Positions 44,644 to 54,748 of a stretch of DNA of 64,000 nucleotides are shown here, in pieces. Position 1 is the stretch's first letter; every line of letters starts with the position of its first letter. The notes below the pieces were generated by a model. The model did not search any database, was not told where the DNA came from, and was given only the letters and a program-made list of their open reading frames with translations. The stretch comes from an uncultured Clostridia bacterium (GTDB taxonomy: Bacteria; Bacillota; Clostridia; Christensenellales; CAG-314), in assembly GCA_947625115.1 (NCBI GenBank), contig CANQND010000004.1:3338-67337 (forward strand). The letters are read 5' to 3'. A program made the translations under genes and the position numbers.

Positions 44644-45090
44644 ATGGCAACATACGCACAAATTTTTGAAGACATGAGAAGAAAGAGCAGATCTGAACTT
44701 CGTAGCTATGTAGATCACTTTGCCGCCGTGGCATTGAGCGGTGTACGCGCCAATGTCAATTGGTCCAACAAAGAAATATACAACACCATTTTGGTTACTC
44801 TTCTTTCGGCAATTTGCGCCGACGGTTATTTCAATGGTGACGAGTACTACGTAGCTCAACCCGCGCTCAACGCGTTCCTGTGGGAGGGTATCACTTACGA
44901 GGAAACACTTTCTTGCATAAGAAACGCTCGTATCGACACTCCTGAAACAAGAACCAATGTTGACAGATTTGTTGACGCTATGGACGCGGACACGAAAGAC
45001 GCTCTTATCTTCGCGACAGCCGCTATCTGCGCCGCCGACAGCAGTTTCAACTCTGCCGAATTGAGCTGGCTCAACAGACTTATCGGCTAA
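44644..45090 (+). CDS. TerB-like (tellurite-resistance TerB / DjlA-N-like fold) protein
   Basis: 148 aa helical protein with two LLSAICADGYFNGDE / IFATAAICAADSSFNSAE segments typical of TerB-like domains. AAGGAG RBS. Confidence 0.55.
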   Translation: MATYAQIFEDMRRKSRSELRSYVDHFAAVALSGVRANVNWSNKEIYNTILVTLLSAICADGYFNGDEYYVAQPALNAFLWEGITYEETLSCIRNARIDTPETRTNVDRFVDAMDADTKDALIFATAAICAADSSFNSAELSWLNRLIG

Positions 45091-45336
45091 TACCGTTAGC
45101 GTACCAACGCTTTTACGGCTCTGAAATTTGTTTGAAAGATTGTCAACCGAACCGCGAGTTTCGGTTGACAATTTTTTTGTTCTTTGAGAGGTGTCGGGGT
45201 TAAAGAAAAACTATAAAAAACAAACTTGTTTTACCCCGACCATTATCCATTTGAGTCACCGACCGCTTGTCGTTCGTGTATTTGTCCTCAAAAGGCTTCG
45301 CTTCAATCGACGCGTTGGAAGTTGTTAAATAACCGT

Positions 45337-45432
45337 CCCCGTCGTGAGCTACGCGAAACTACGGGGAAGGGGGACCGTCGTAAGACGGTGGAAGAGGAAT
45401 ATCCGCAACAAATTTTTTCGCCGTCCTCGTTG
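45337..45432. repeat. intergenic mosaic repeat, module A (copy 2)
   Basis: CCCCGTCGTGAGC...ACTACGGGG, ACCGTC-gtaa-GACGGT, GGAAGAGGAATATCCGCAACAAATTTTTTCGCC. Confidence 0.8.
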
Positions 45433-45667
45433 TCACAAGGTCCACGACCGTCCGCCCGTCCGCAGGTAGCAGGTCTGCAATTATGGTAACCCCAAGTGGG
45501 GCTGTAAGTAGCTAACTGCGCAAAAAAGCGGTTCAACCAACCGTTAAACCGCCAAAATACAAATTATTTATCGGCACCCGCAAGCAAGCGGGTTCTTTTT
45601 GTGAGAAAGTAAAGGAAATTGCCGACGAGCGACTTTCTGTTTTGTCGGTAAAGCTGTGCGTTTGCTT

Positions 45668-47353
45668 TTACAGCAGGTTTTGCGGAAGTCTGTCGGGCGT
45701 AACGAGAACCGTTCGGTAGGAGTTGTACACAACAAATCCGAGAGGAGCTTTCGACGGTTTTTTGACATTGCAACGCCGCGTGTAGTCTACGGGAACTTTG
45801 TCGCTTTCGCGCGCCTGCGAGTAGTAGGCGCATATTTGCGCCGCTTTTTCTATGACGGAATCGGGTACTTCGCCGTTTTGCGCGACGATCACCGCGTGCG
45901 AGGAGTGTAATTTTTGCGTGTGCAGCCAAACGTCCTGTGCGCTTGCCAACTTAAATGTGACGTAGTTGTTTTGTACGTTGTTTTTGCCCACGTACACGGT
46001 GTAGCCCTCAATTTCGTACCGCAACGGTTTTACGGGGACGGGTTTTGCTTTTGCGCGTTGTTCTTTAAGCAAGCCCAGCAAAGTCAATTCGTCTTTTATT
46101 TGTTGCAAATCGTCGGGGTCGGTGCAGTAGCGCAGGTTTTCTTTTATCGTAAGCAGATATTCCAACAAGGCGGCGTTTTCCTTTACCAACTCGCCGTTGT
46201 GTTCGTAGGACGATTTGAGCTTGCGATATTTGCGGTAGTAGGCTTGCGCGTTTTGTTGCGGCGAAAGTCGCGGATCGAGCGGAATGGTAACGGTGGTGCC
46301 GTCGTAGTAGTTCAGGCAGGTGAGGCTGTCCTTTGCGGGAATGTGCAGATTGGACAGTATCAAATCGCCGTACTGACGGTAGACATCTCTGTTTTCCGCT
46401 TCCAACAGGGCTTGGCGTTGCGCCGCAAGTTTCTTTTCCGTGCGGGAAACGGCGTTTTTTACTATTGTGGAAACGGACTTGGCTTTGTCCGCAAAGCGTT
46501 GCGCCCTGTCCAGCAGATAGAAGTAGTTGTCGTGCGCCTGATTGAGCGTTTCAAAGAAAACTTTGTCGCCCTTTTTGGAGCGGTAGTCAAAGGGACACAC
46601 GTCCACGGGCGCGCCGTTTTTCGTCACCACGTTGGGTTTTTTGTGTTCGAGGTTGAATTTGTACGCCGTCAAACCTTCCACAACGGCGGCATTGTTTATC
46701 ACACCGTGATCGTTTTCGTCCAAACCGTACAAAATTTCGTTTACCGTCGATTGCGAAACGCCCAACAGCACCTCGGGCAGAGTTTTGCGCAGGGGCAAAT
46801 TGCAACTTGCAAGATATTCTCTCACGCGGGGCAGATCGAAAGGCTCGATTTTGTTTTGCGGCGCGAAAAAGGCGTACTTTGCGCCCGCCATTATTATTCG
46901 CGAGGCGTTTATGTCATGCGGGAGGTGTTTTATGCTGTCCAACACGGTGTACTTTTCGTCCGTCAAAATGACGTTGGAAGTTTTGCCCGTCAGTTCAAAA
47001 ATGAGTTGCATTTTCTTTTTGTAACCCAATTCGTCCGAAACTTCCAGACAAAACTCCAAAACGCGTTCGTAGGGAACTTGTTTTATGTCCGTTATGACGG
47101 CGTTGACGATGTGCTTGCGCAATAGCATACAAAAGGACGGCGCAACCTTTGGGTTGTCCGTAGGCATTTCGGTAAGATGTATTCTGTTGACGTTTGCGTT
47201 TGCCGAAATGAGCAACTTGTAGGTCTGTTTGTTGAACACAAACAGCACAATTTCGTCCCGTTCGGGTTGGTAGACTTTGGTAATCTTGCCGCCCGTAAGC
47301 GTTTGCCGCAGTTCGTCGCGCAATACCGAAAGAGTCAATGCGTCGAAAGCCAT
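45668..47353 (-). CDS. rqcH: RqcH (NFACT/FbpA-family ribosome quality-control protein)
   Basis: MAFDALTLSVLRDEL...GGKITKVYQPERDEIVL NFACT-N signature. 561 aa. Confidence 0.9.
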   Translation of the reverse strand: MAFDALTLSVLRDELRQTLTGGKITKVYQPERDEIVLFVFNKQTYKLLISANANVNRIHLTEMPTDNPKVAPSFCMLLRKHIVNAVITDIKQVPYERVLEFCLEVSDELGYKKKMQLIFELTGKTSNVILTDEKYTVLDSIKHLPHDINASRIIMAGAKYAFFAPQNKIEPFDLPRVREYLASCNLPLRKTLPEVLLGVSQSTVNEILYGLDENDHGVINNAAVVEGLTAYKFNLEHKKPNVVTKNGAPVDVCPFDYRSKKGDKVFFETLNQAHDNYFYLLDRAQRFADKAKSVSTIVKNAVSRTEKKLAAQRQALLEAENRDVYRQYGDLILSNLHIPAKDSLTCLNYYDGTTVTIPLDPRLSPQQNAQAYYRKYRKLKSSYEHNGELVKENAALLEYLLTIKENLRYCTDPDDLQQIKDELTLLGLLKEQRAKAKPVPVKPLRYEIEGYTVYVGKNNVQNNYVTFKLASAQDVWLHTQKLHSSHAVIVAQNGEVPDSVIEKAAQICAYYSQARESDKVPVDYTRRCNVKKPSKAPLGFVVYNSYRTVLVTPDRLPQNLL

Positions 47354-47589
47354 AAAAAATTTTGCCTCGCGTTGTTTTTGCCGATGATTTTGTAAAAATT
47401 ATATCATAGCTCGCGCTTTGTGGCAACCCTTACGCAGGCAAATAGTCGCTCATTTTGCGCCCGACAAGCACATAATCTCGCGATCTGACGATTTTTGAGT
47501 TGAAAATCATTGCTAAAAAAGAATATATATGATAAAATAATAAACCGTCGGAGTAATTCGCAACAGTGAAATCAATGTCGGAGGATATT

Positions 47590-48912
47590 ATGAAATACAC
47601 GCAAAAAAGAGAAAAAAACACTTTGACGGTAACTTTCAAGGTTACGCAGGAAGAGTGGGCGGGTTTCGATACGCGCGCCTACGAGCAGAACAGACACAAG
47701 TACAGCGTACCGGGTTTCCGCAAAGGTCACGTACCCAAAAATGTTTTGGAAAGCCGTTACGGCAGAGGATTGTTCTTGGAGGACGCGCTTTATATGTGCG
47801 CACAAGAATATTACAACCTGTTTTTGGATAAAAATAAAGAAGTAACGCCCGTTTCGCGTCCTACCATCGACGACAAATCCGTCAAGTTTGAAAACGGCGT
47901 AACGTTCGCAGTGGTGGTAGCGGTTCGTCCCGAGATCACACTCGGAGCCTACAAGGGGCTTACGATAGAAAAAACCGTCCCGAAAAAGGTAAAAGCGGCG
48001 GACGTAGACGCGGAGCTTGCGCAAGTTCGCGAACGCAACGCGCGTTTCATAGAGGTGACCGACCGTCCCGTTAAGGAGGGCGACCAACTCAACATAGATT
48101 ACTGCGGCAAAGTGGACGGAGTGGCGTTTGAGGGCGGCACCGCCGAAAAGCAGACCCTCACGATAGGTTCGCACACCTTTATCCCCGGTTTCGAGGAACA
48201 GCTTGTGGGCTTCAACGTGGGCGAAACGAAAGACATAACCGTCACTTTCCCCGATGACTACCACGCCGAGGATCTCCAAGGCAAAACTGCTGTGTTCACC
48301 GTGACGATAAACGGCATAACGGTAAAGGAACTGCCCGAGCTTGACGACGAATTTGCCAAGGACGTAAGCGAATTTTCCACCCTCAAAGAGTACAAAGAGG
48401 ACATCAAGCGCATTCTTACCGAACGCAACGTCAAGGAAGCCGAGCGCGAGGACGAAAACAAACTTATCGAAACAGTCGTCACCAACACGCCCATCGACAT
48501 TCCCGAAGCGATGATAGACGAGCAGATAGACCAATACGTGGACGACTTCGAATATCAGCTCAAAAGCAGCGGTTTGAATATCGAATCCTACTTCAAGTAC
48601 ACGGGGCAAACGATGGAGCAACTCCGCGGCGAATACCGCGACCGCGCCGAAAAAGCCGTACATATGCGCCTTGTTTTCGAGGAGATAGTCAAGGCGGAAA
48701 ACATCACTCCGAGCGAAGAGGCGGTGGAAGCCAAGATCAAGGAATACGCCGAGCAATCGAAAACGCCCTATGAGCAATTCAAAGAACAGTTGCACCCCTC
48801 CGACAGATATTATTTTGAAAATCAGGTCGTAACCGAATTGCTATTGAAACTACTCAAAGAACAAAATACGTTTGCGGTCAAAGAAAAGCCCGCAAAGAAG
48901 AAAGGAGAATAA
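47590..48912 (+). CDS. tig: trigger factor
   Basis: [15 protein letters not shown] motif, FKBP-type middle domain. GGAGGA RBS before the ATG at 47590. Confidence 0.95.
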   Translation: MKYTQKREKNTLTVTFKVTQEEWAGFDTRAYEQNRHKYSVPGFRKGHVPKNVLESRYGRGLFLEDALYMCAQEYYNLFLDKNKEVTPVSRPTIDDKSVKFENGVTFAVVVAVRPEITLGAYKGLTIEKTVPKKVKAADVDAELAQVRERNARFIEVTDRPVKEGDQLNIDYCGKVDGVAFEGGTAEKQTLTIGSHTFIPGFEEQLVGFNVGETKDITVTFPDDYHAEDLQGKTAVFTVTINGITVKELPELDDEFAKDVSEFSTLKEYKEDIKRILTERNVKEAEREDENKLIETVVTNTPIDIPEAMIDEQIDQYVDDFEYQLKSSGLNIESYFKYTGQTMEQLRGEYRDRAEKAVHMRLVFEEIVKAENITPSEEAVEAKIKEYAEQSKTPYEQFKEQLHPSDRYYFENQVVTELLLKLLKEQNTFAVKEKPAKKKGE

Positions 48913-48914
48913 TT

Positions 48915-49505
48915 ATGACGCTTGTTCCTATGGTTGTGGACCGCACCGATAGCGGTGAAAGAAGTTACGACATATATTCGCGCCTCTTGGAGGACAGAGT
49001 GGTGTTTATCAGCGGCGAAATAACGAGCGAGCTTGCAAACCTCGTTGTCGCGCAGTTGATCTACCTCGAATCCAAAGACCCAACAAAAGACATTTCCCTT
49101 TATATCAACAGCCCGGGCGGTTCGGTAACGGCGGGTCTGGCGATATTCGACACGATGAGATACATTCGTTGCGATGTTTCCACCATATGTATCGGAATGG
49201 CAGCCAGCATGGGCGCGTTCCTGCTTGCGGCGGGAACAAAGGGCAAGCGTTACGCTCTCCCCAACAGCGAAATAATGATTCATCAAGTGTTGGGCGGCAG
49301 TCAGGGTCAGGCAAGCGACGTGGAAATTCAAACCAGACAATTGCTCAAAATCAAAAACAAAATCAACTCGATCCTCGCCGAAAATGTCGGCAAACCCGTC
49401 GAAACCGTCGAACGCGATACCGATCGCGACAACTATCTCTCCGCAGAAGAGGCGTTGGCGTACGGCATTGTGGACAAAGTGTTCTACACTCGCAAAGAGG
49501 GTTGA
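48915..49505 (+). CDS. clpP: ATP-dependent Clp protease proteolytic subunit
   Basis: [23 protein letters not shown] (Ser), MIHQ (His) motifs. Confidence 0.97.
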   Translation: MTLVPMVVDRTDSGERSYDIYSRLLEDRVVFISGEITSELANLVVAQLIYLESKDPTKDISLYINSPGGSVTAGLAIFDTMRYIRCDVSTICIGMAASMGAFLLAAGTKGKRYALPNSEIMIHQVLGGSQGQASDVEIQTRQLLKIKNKINSILAENVGKPVETVERDTDRDNYLSAEEALAYGIVDKVFYTRKEG

Positions 49506-49574
49506 GTATCCCACAAATAAAAACACACGCACGGGGTCGAAATCACACCCCGTTTGCGTAAAAAAGGAGAAAAT

Positions 49575-50789
49575 ATGCAAACTTGTTCCTTTTGCGGCAG
49601 AAAAGAAGACGAGGTAAAGCGTATGCTCGCCGCCCCCAACGGCGTGTGCATTTGCGACGCATGCGTTGCCACCTGTCAGGATATTTTGGACAGCGAAGGA
49701 TACGACGGCTCCGACGAGGTTGATACGCGCCTGCCCAAACCGGAAGAGATCAAGGCGGAACTCGACAAGTACGTGGTGGGTCAGGACGAAGCAAAAAAGA
49801 CGCTTGCGGTAGCGGTGTACAACCACTACAAACGCGTTCTTTTTGCCGACAGCCGCGATGACGAAGTGGAATTGGAAAAGAGCAACATTCTTATGCTCGG
49901 ACCTACGGGTTGCGGCAAAACTTTGCTTGCCAAAACTCTTGCCAAAATTTTGGACGTTCCCTTTGCCGTTGCCGACGCAACCACCCTCACCGAGGCGGGC
50001 TACGTGGGCGAGGACGTGGAAAACATCTTGCTCAAACTCATTCAGGCAGCCGACTACGACATCGCCAAGGCGGAACACGGCATAATTTATATCGACGAAA
50101 TAGACAAGATTGCCAAGAAATCGGCAAACGTTTCCATCACGCGCGACGTTTCGGGCGAGGGCGTACAGCAAGCCCTGCTGAAAATCATCGAAAGCACCGT
50201 TGCCAACGTGCCTCCCCAAGGGGGCAGAAAGCACCCTCAGGCGGAAAGCATTGCGATAGACACCACAAATATTCTGTTTATTTGCGGCGGCGCGTTTGTC
50301 GGTCTGGAAAAAATCGCCGAAAAACGTCAACAGGGCGCGGGTTTGGGCTTCGGCAACCAAATCAAGAGTACCGAAGAAATCGACCACGCTCAACTTGTCA
50401 AAAATCTGCAACCGCAGGATTTTATTCAATACGGTTTGATACCCGAGTTTGTGGGCAGGTTGCCCATAACAGTGGGGTTGTCGCCTCTTGACGAAACCGC
50501 GTTGGTACGCATACTCACCGAGCCGAAAAACTGCCTTGTAAAACAGTACAAAAAGCTGTTCAAGCTGGACGGTATCGAATTGGACTTCGACGACGACGCG
50601 TTGCTTGCCATCGCGCAAAAGTCCATTCGCCTCAAAACGGGCGCGCGCGGTTTGCGCTCCGTTCTGGAAAATCTTATGCTCAACTGTATGTACGAGGCTC
50701 CCTCTCGCGGGGACGTTTCGCGCGTGCGCATAACTCGCCAAAGCGTGGAGGGCAAAGGAGATCCTCTCGTAACGCGCAAAGCGGGTTGA
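49575..50789 (+). CDS. clpX: ATP-dependent Clp protease ATP-binding subunit ClpX
   Basis: N-terminal zinc finger CSFCG...[14 protein letters not shown] Walker [10 protein letters not shown] Walker B. Confidence 0.97.
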   Translation: MQTCSFCGRKEDEVKRMLAAPNGVCICDACVATCQDILDSEGYDGSDEVDTRLPKPEEIKAELDKYVVGQDEAKKTLAVAVYNHYKRVLFADSRDDEVELEKSNILMLGPTGCGKTLLAKTLAKILDVPFAVADATTLTEAGYVGEDVENILLKLIQAADYDIAKAEHGIIYIDEIDKIAKKSANVSITRDVSGEGVQQALLKIIESTVANVPPQGGRKHPQAESIAIDTTNILFICGGAFVGLEKIAEKRQQGAGLGFGNQIKSTEEIDHAQLVKNLQPQDFIQYGLIPEFVGRLPITVGLSPLDETALVRILTEPKNCLVKQYKKLFKLDGIELDFDDDALLAIAQKSIRLKTGARGLRSVLENLMLNCMYEAPSRGDVSRVRITRQSVEGKGDPLVTRKAG

Positions 50790-50810
50790 TTGACCTCACA
50801 AAATGCGCTC

Positions 50811-50840
50811 CGCCCTGTTTTGGACGGGGCGTTTTTTTTT
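50811..50840 (+). terminator. rho-independent terminator
   Basis: CGCCCTG-ttttgga-CGGGGCG followed by T9. Confidence 0.75.
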
Positions 50841-50927
50841 GTGCCTGCGCATAAAAATTTCCAAATCGGCTTTCGCGCTTCCGTTTACCTACGCGTTTTC
50901 AACATTTTTCACGGAACCGTTTTTTTG

Positions 50928-50956
50928 TTGCAAAATAAAACAATTTATTCTATAAT
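50928..50956 (+). promoter_or_regulatory. consensus-like sigma70 promoter upstream of lon
   Basis: TTGCAA, 17 nt, TATAAT, about 155 nt before the TTG start. Confidence 0.55.
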
Positions 50957-51110
50957 AATCACAAGAGTACAGGCAAATTTCGGCATATTCTGCCGCGCTT
51001 GGCTGTGCGGACGAATTTTGTCGCAGAGCGCGACTGCGTTTGGACGGAATATCACTAAATAAAGGCAAATTGCACAAAATAACGAAAAATACACAAGGGG
51101 TACGTAAATT

Positions 51111-53423
51111 TTGACACAGTATACAAATATTCCCGTATTGGCAATGAGGGGCAATTTCTTTTTCCCCAACATACGCGCCAAGGTAGAGGTTGCAAGGGAA
51201 GTTTCCCGCAACGCATTGAAATACGCGTTGGAAAACGGCGGCAAGTTTTTGATGGTAAGTCAAATTGACGCAAACAAAGCCAATCCGACTTCGGTATCGG
51301 ATTTCTACTCCGTCGGGGTTATGGCAGAAATTGCGTCTATCGAAAGCGCGACGGTGGAGTCCACTGTGGTAATGGCGCGCACTTTCGACGCGGTACGCAT
51401 TGTAAACCAAACTTTCGGCAATGACATTATCTTTGCGGACGCTCAATCGTTGGAGTTCACCTGCAAGCACGACAACGAAACGCGCGCGCTTTTCGAGCAG
51501 ACGATAGCGCACGTCAAGAAACTTGCGGATATCAACAAAGGCGTAAACGTCCCCGAAGTAAACTTGTTTTTTGCGGGCGGACAGATAGACTACCTCGCTT
51601 TTACCAACATCGTAGCTAACGAAATCGTCACCCGTCTTGCGGAAAGACAGCGCATTTTGGAAGAAACGGACGTGGAAACGCGTATGGAGCGCATTTGCGC
51701 CTACATCGTTGCTGAGCTGGACTACGCCAATGCCGAAAGGCGCATTGCCAACCGCGTCAAGCAGCAAGTGGCTTCGGGGCAAAAGGAGTACTATTTGCGC
51801 GAACAAATGAAAGCCATTTCCGCCGAACTCGGCGAGGACGCCAACGAAAAGCAGGACTATCTTGACAAAATAAAAAACAGCGGTATGCCGCAGGAAGTTG
51901 CGGACAAAGCCACCAAGGAACTCAACCGTCTGTCCAAGATGTCGTCCACCTCGCCCGACGCGGCTGTGATACGCAACTACTTGGATTGGCTGTGCGACGT
52001 GCCTTGGAGCAAGGAAACGGAGGATAACAAGGATCTCAAACTCGCCCGCGAAATTTTGGACGAGGATCACTACGGTCTTACCAAAATCAAGGATAGGATA
52101 GTGGAGTACCTTGCCGTTATGCAGTTGACGGGCAAGCTCAACGGTCCGATACTGTGCTTTGTGGGTCCTCCGGGCGTGGGCAAAACGTCCATTGTCAAGA
52201 GCATTGCGCGCGCCTTGGGTCGCAAATACCTGCGCGTAAGCCTCGGCGGAGTGAGGGACGAGGCGGAAATTCGCGGACATCGCCGCACCTACGTGGGTGC
52301 TATCCCAGGCAAAATTATATATATGATGAAGCAAGCGGGTTGCGTCAATCCCGTGTTGCTCTTGGACGAAATCGACAAAATGGGCAAGGACAACAGGGGC
52401 GACCCCGCCAGCGCAATGTTGGAAGTGTTGGACCCCGAGCAGAATTTCAGCTTTACCGACCACTACCTCGAAGTACCTTACGACTTGTCCAAAGTGCTGT
52501 TTGTGTGTACCGCCAACGCCACGGACGACATTCCCGAACCGCTTTTGGACCGTATGGAAACAATTGAACTTAGCGGCTACACCGAATTGGAAAAGATTGC
52601 GATAGCCAACCGCTATCTGCTCAAAAAGAATATGGCGTTGCACGGCATACCCGACGGCGCGATAGAAATTTCCGACGAAACCTACGGCAAAATCATCGAA
52701 CGCTACACAAGCGAATCGGGCGTGAGAAGTCTGGAAAGGGAAATCGCCGCCATTTGCCGCAAAGTGGCGTTGAGGTTGGTGGAGAACCCCGAAGCCAAGA
52801 TCGTTGTCACTCCCGACAATCTTCACGAATTTTTGGGAGTGGAGCGGCACAAGGACGAAATGGGTCTTGTGGACGACACCGTAGGCACCGCACGCGGTCT
52901 TGCGTGGACGCGCGTAGGCGGCGTAACGCTCAACGTGGACGCAACTCTGTTTCAGGGCAAGGGCGAAGTTCAGCTTACGGGCAATCTCGGCGACGTAATG
53001 AAAGAATCCGCCCGTACGGCAATTTCTTTGGTAAAAAGTCTTGCCGACGAGTACGGCATAGACAAAGACAAATTTGAACACACCGACATTCACATTCACG
53101 TACCCGAGGGAGCCATTCCCAAGGACGGTCCGAGCGCGGGCGTAACGATGGCTACGGTGGTTATGTCGGCGTTTTCGGGCATACCCGTCAGCGGCAAAGT
53201 GGCTATGACGGGCGAAATAACTCTGCGCGGCAAAGTTCTGCCCATAGGCGGACTGCGCGAAAAAGCTCTCGCCGCCTACCGACTCGGTATCAAAAAAGTA
53301 ATTATCCCCAAGGGCAACGACAAGGATCTGGACGAAATTCCGCAAGAAGTAAAGGACAGCGTAGAGTTTGTGTTGGCGGACGACATTCGCACCGTGTTCG
53401 ACAACGCGCTTGTGCGCAAGTAG
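51111..53423 (+). CDS. lon: Lon protease (LonA)
   Basis: N-terminal [22 protein letters not shown] Walker A, PKDGPSAG catalytic Ser. A TTG start is needed to keep the conserved N-terminus. Confidence 0.95.
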   Translation: MTQYTNIPVLAMRGNFFFPNIRAKVEVAREVSRNALKYALENGGKFLMVSQIDANKANPTSVSDFYSVGVMAEIASIESATVESTVVMARTFDAVRIVNQTFGNDIIFADAQSLEFTCKHDNETRALFEQTIAHVKKLADINKGVNVPEVNLFFAGGQIDYLAFTNIVANEIVTRLAERQRILEETDVETRMERICAYIVAELDYANAERRIANRVKQQVASGQKEYYLREQMKAISAELGEDANEKQDYLDKIKNSGMPQEVADKATKELNRLSKMSSTSPDAAVIRNYLDWLCDVPWSKETEDNKDLKLAREILDEDHYGLTKIKDRIVEYLAVMQLTGKLNGPILCFVGPPGVGKTSIVKSIARALGRKYLRVSLGGVRDEAEIRGHRRTYVGAIPGKIIYMMKQAGCVNPVLLLDEIDKMGKDNRGDPASAMLEVLDPEQNFSFTDHYLEVPYDLSKVLFVCTANATDDIPEPLLDRMETIELSGYTELEKIAIANRYLLKKNMALHGIPDGAIEISDETYGKIIERYTSESGVRSLEREIAAICRKVALRLVENPEAKIVVTPDNLHEFLGVERHKDEMGLVDDTVGTARGLAWTRVGGVTLNVDATLFQGKGEVQLTGNLGDVMKESARTAISLVKSLADEYGIDKDKFEHTDIHIHVPEGAIPKDGPSAGVTMATVVMSAFSGIPVSGKVAMTGEITLRGKVLPIGGLREKALAAYRLGIKKVIIPKGNDKDLDEIPQEVKDSVEFVLADDIRTVFDNALVRK

Positions 53424-53430
53424 GTGCGCA

Positions 53431-54030
53431 ATGAAAGTAAAAAACGCTTCTTATGTTAAGGGCGCGGCAAACTATTCGCAGTGTATCGTATCCGACTTGC
53501 CGCAGATAGCGGTAGCGGGCAAGTCCAACGTGGGCAAAAGCAGTTTTATCAACTGCCTTGTGGGCGACGGCAAACTTGCGCGCACGTCCAAATTGCCGGG
53601 GCGTACTCGCCTGATAAACTACTTTTTGATCAACGGCAACACAGAGGACGAGTTTTTGCTTGCCGATCTGCCCGGGTACGGCTTTGCCAAGGTGTCCGAC
53701 GAGGAAAAACTTCGCTGGGCGGACCTGTTGGAAAAGTATCTCGCCAACGAGCAACGACTTGCGCAGGTGCTGTTTTTGGTGGACATACGCCACGACCCCA
53801 CTAAGGACGACGCGGCTATGTACAACTATCTCTTTGCCAACAACCTGCCCTTTACCGTGATTGCCACCAAGGCGGACAAGTTGCCCAAAAGCCAAGTAAA
53901 AAACAGGTGCAGGGCAATTGCAAATTTCTTCAAATTGGGCGAGGCTAACGTACTGCCCGTCAGTTCCGTTGCCAAGACGGGTTTCGACGCCGTTTTGGAC
54001 AGGCTGGAACAAATTCTCACCGCATATTGA
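53431..54030 (+). CDS. engB: ribosome-biogenesis GTPase EngB/YsxC
   Basis: GKSNVGKSSFIN (G1), DLPGYG (G3), TKADK (G4). It sits in the conserved position after lon. Confidence 0.92.
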   Translation: MKVKNASYVKGAANYSQCIVSDLPQIAVAGKSNVGKSSFINCLVGDGKLARTSKLPGRTRLINYFLINGNTEDEFLLADLPGYGFAKVSDEEKLRWADLLEKYLANEQRLAQVLFLVDIRHDPTKDDAAMYNYLFANNLPFTVIATKADKLPKSQVKNRCRAIANFFKLGEANVLPVSSVAKTGFDAVLDRLEQILTAY

Positions 54031-54196
54031 ACTACCGACCAAACGCAATGCGAGTCAAGGACGGGGCAATAGCCCCCGCCGTTCCACTCCCCGACCGCCC
54101 ACCCCTGTCCGCAGGGAGTAGGCGGGTTTCTTTGTATGGGGATATTCTATGTTTTGACAAACTTTGTCCGCAGGGAGCAGTTCGGCAACCGCTTAT

Positions 54197-54307
54197 AAGG
54201 CTTCTCTTGACGACAAAAGAGCGCGCCACGAAAAGCAAATGTGTCCTGTGGACACTTTGCCGTGAGCGCGGACAAGTTGGGGCTTTTCTAACGCCCCAAC
54301 GCAGTCG
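54197..54307. repeat. intergenic mosaic repeat, module C (copy 2)
   Basis: Near-identical to 44242-44352. Confidence 0.85.
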
Positions 54308-54463
54308 TCACTGAAAGTGACTGATGAGTTTCGACTACCAAAACAAACTATATATTGCTATTACCCATAAGAAATCTTTGTATCAACACAGAGGAAATTT
54401 TAACAATATAAAACTTGCTTTTCAGGTCGAAACTCAACCGCCGTTAGGCGTGTTCCCCAAATA

Positions 54464-54519
54464 ACCGTCCCCGTCACGGCAGAATGGGTCCCCGCGCAAG
54501 TACGCCAATACTTGCGTGG
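54464..54519. repeat. intergenic mosaic repeat, module B (copy 2)
   Basis: ACCGTCCCCGTCACGGCAGAATGGGTCCCCG + CGCAAGTA-cgccaa-TACTTGCG. Confidence 0.8.
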
Positions 54520-54637
54520 GAAGAGGAGTCGCCGACTGTTAGCGGTACCGAGTGCGTTTACGCGCTTGGTGATAACCAAAGCCGTGCGGCGACGAGGGAA
54601 AAGGGGACCACCGCAAGGCGTGTTTCACAAAGACCGT

Positions 54638-54730
54638 CCCCGTCACGGCTACACCGTTACGGGGAAGGGGGACCGTCGTAAGACGGGGGAAGAGGGATAT
54701 TTGCAACAAATTTTTTCGCCCCTCGCTCGG
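54638..54730. repeat. intergenic mosaic repeat, module A (copy 3)
   Basis: CCCCGTCACGGC-taca-CCGTTACGGGG, ACCGTC-gtaa-GACGGG, GGAAGAGGGATATTTGCAACAAATTTTTTCGCC. Confidence 0.8.
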
Positions 54731-54748
54731 TAAATTTATGGCGTCGGG

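Noticed and set aside
45914-47125. 403-aa plus-strand ORF, and similar long ORFs at 47572-48795(-), 54770-56290(+), 59251-60570(-), 62555-63373(-), 3904-4857(+), 595-1377(+)
   Set aside because: Each is antisense to a gene with clear family motifs (rqcH, tig, glnN, uvrA-like, glmM, nagA-like, and the edge gene).
48822-50741. 639-aa minus-strand ORF
   Set aside because: Antisense shadow of clpP/clpX.
50842-51110. CIRCE or CtsR heat-shock operator upstream of lon (and upstream of tig/clpP at 47354-47589)
   Set aside because: There is no TTAGCACTC-N9-GAGTGCTAA and no GGTCAAA direct repeat in these regions.
50889-53345. 818-aa minus-strand ORF
   Set aside because: It lies exactly antisense to lon, whose + strand translation has every Lon motif. 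The antisense product is R/H/F/V-rich with no recognisable motif, so it is a typical shadow ORF.
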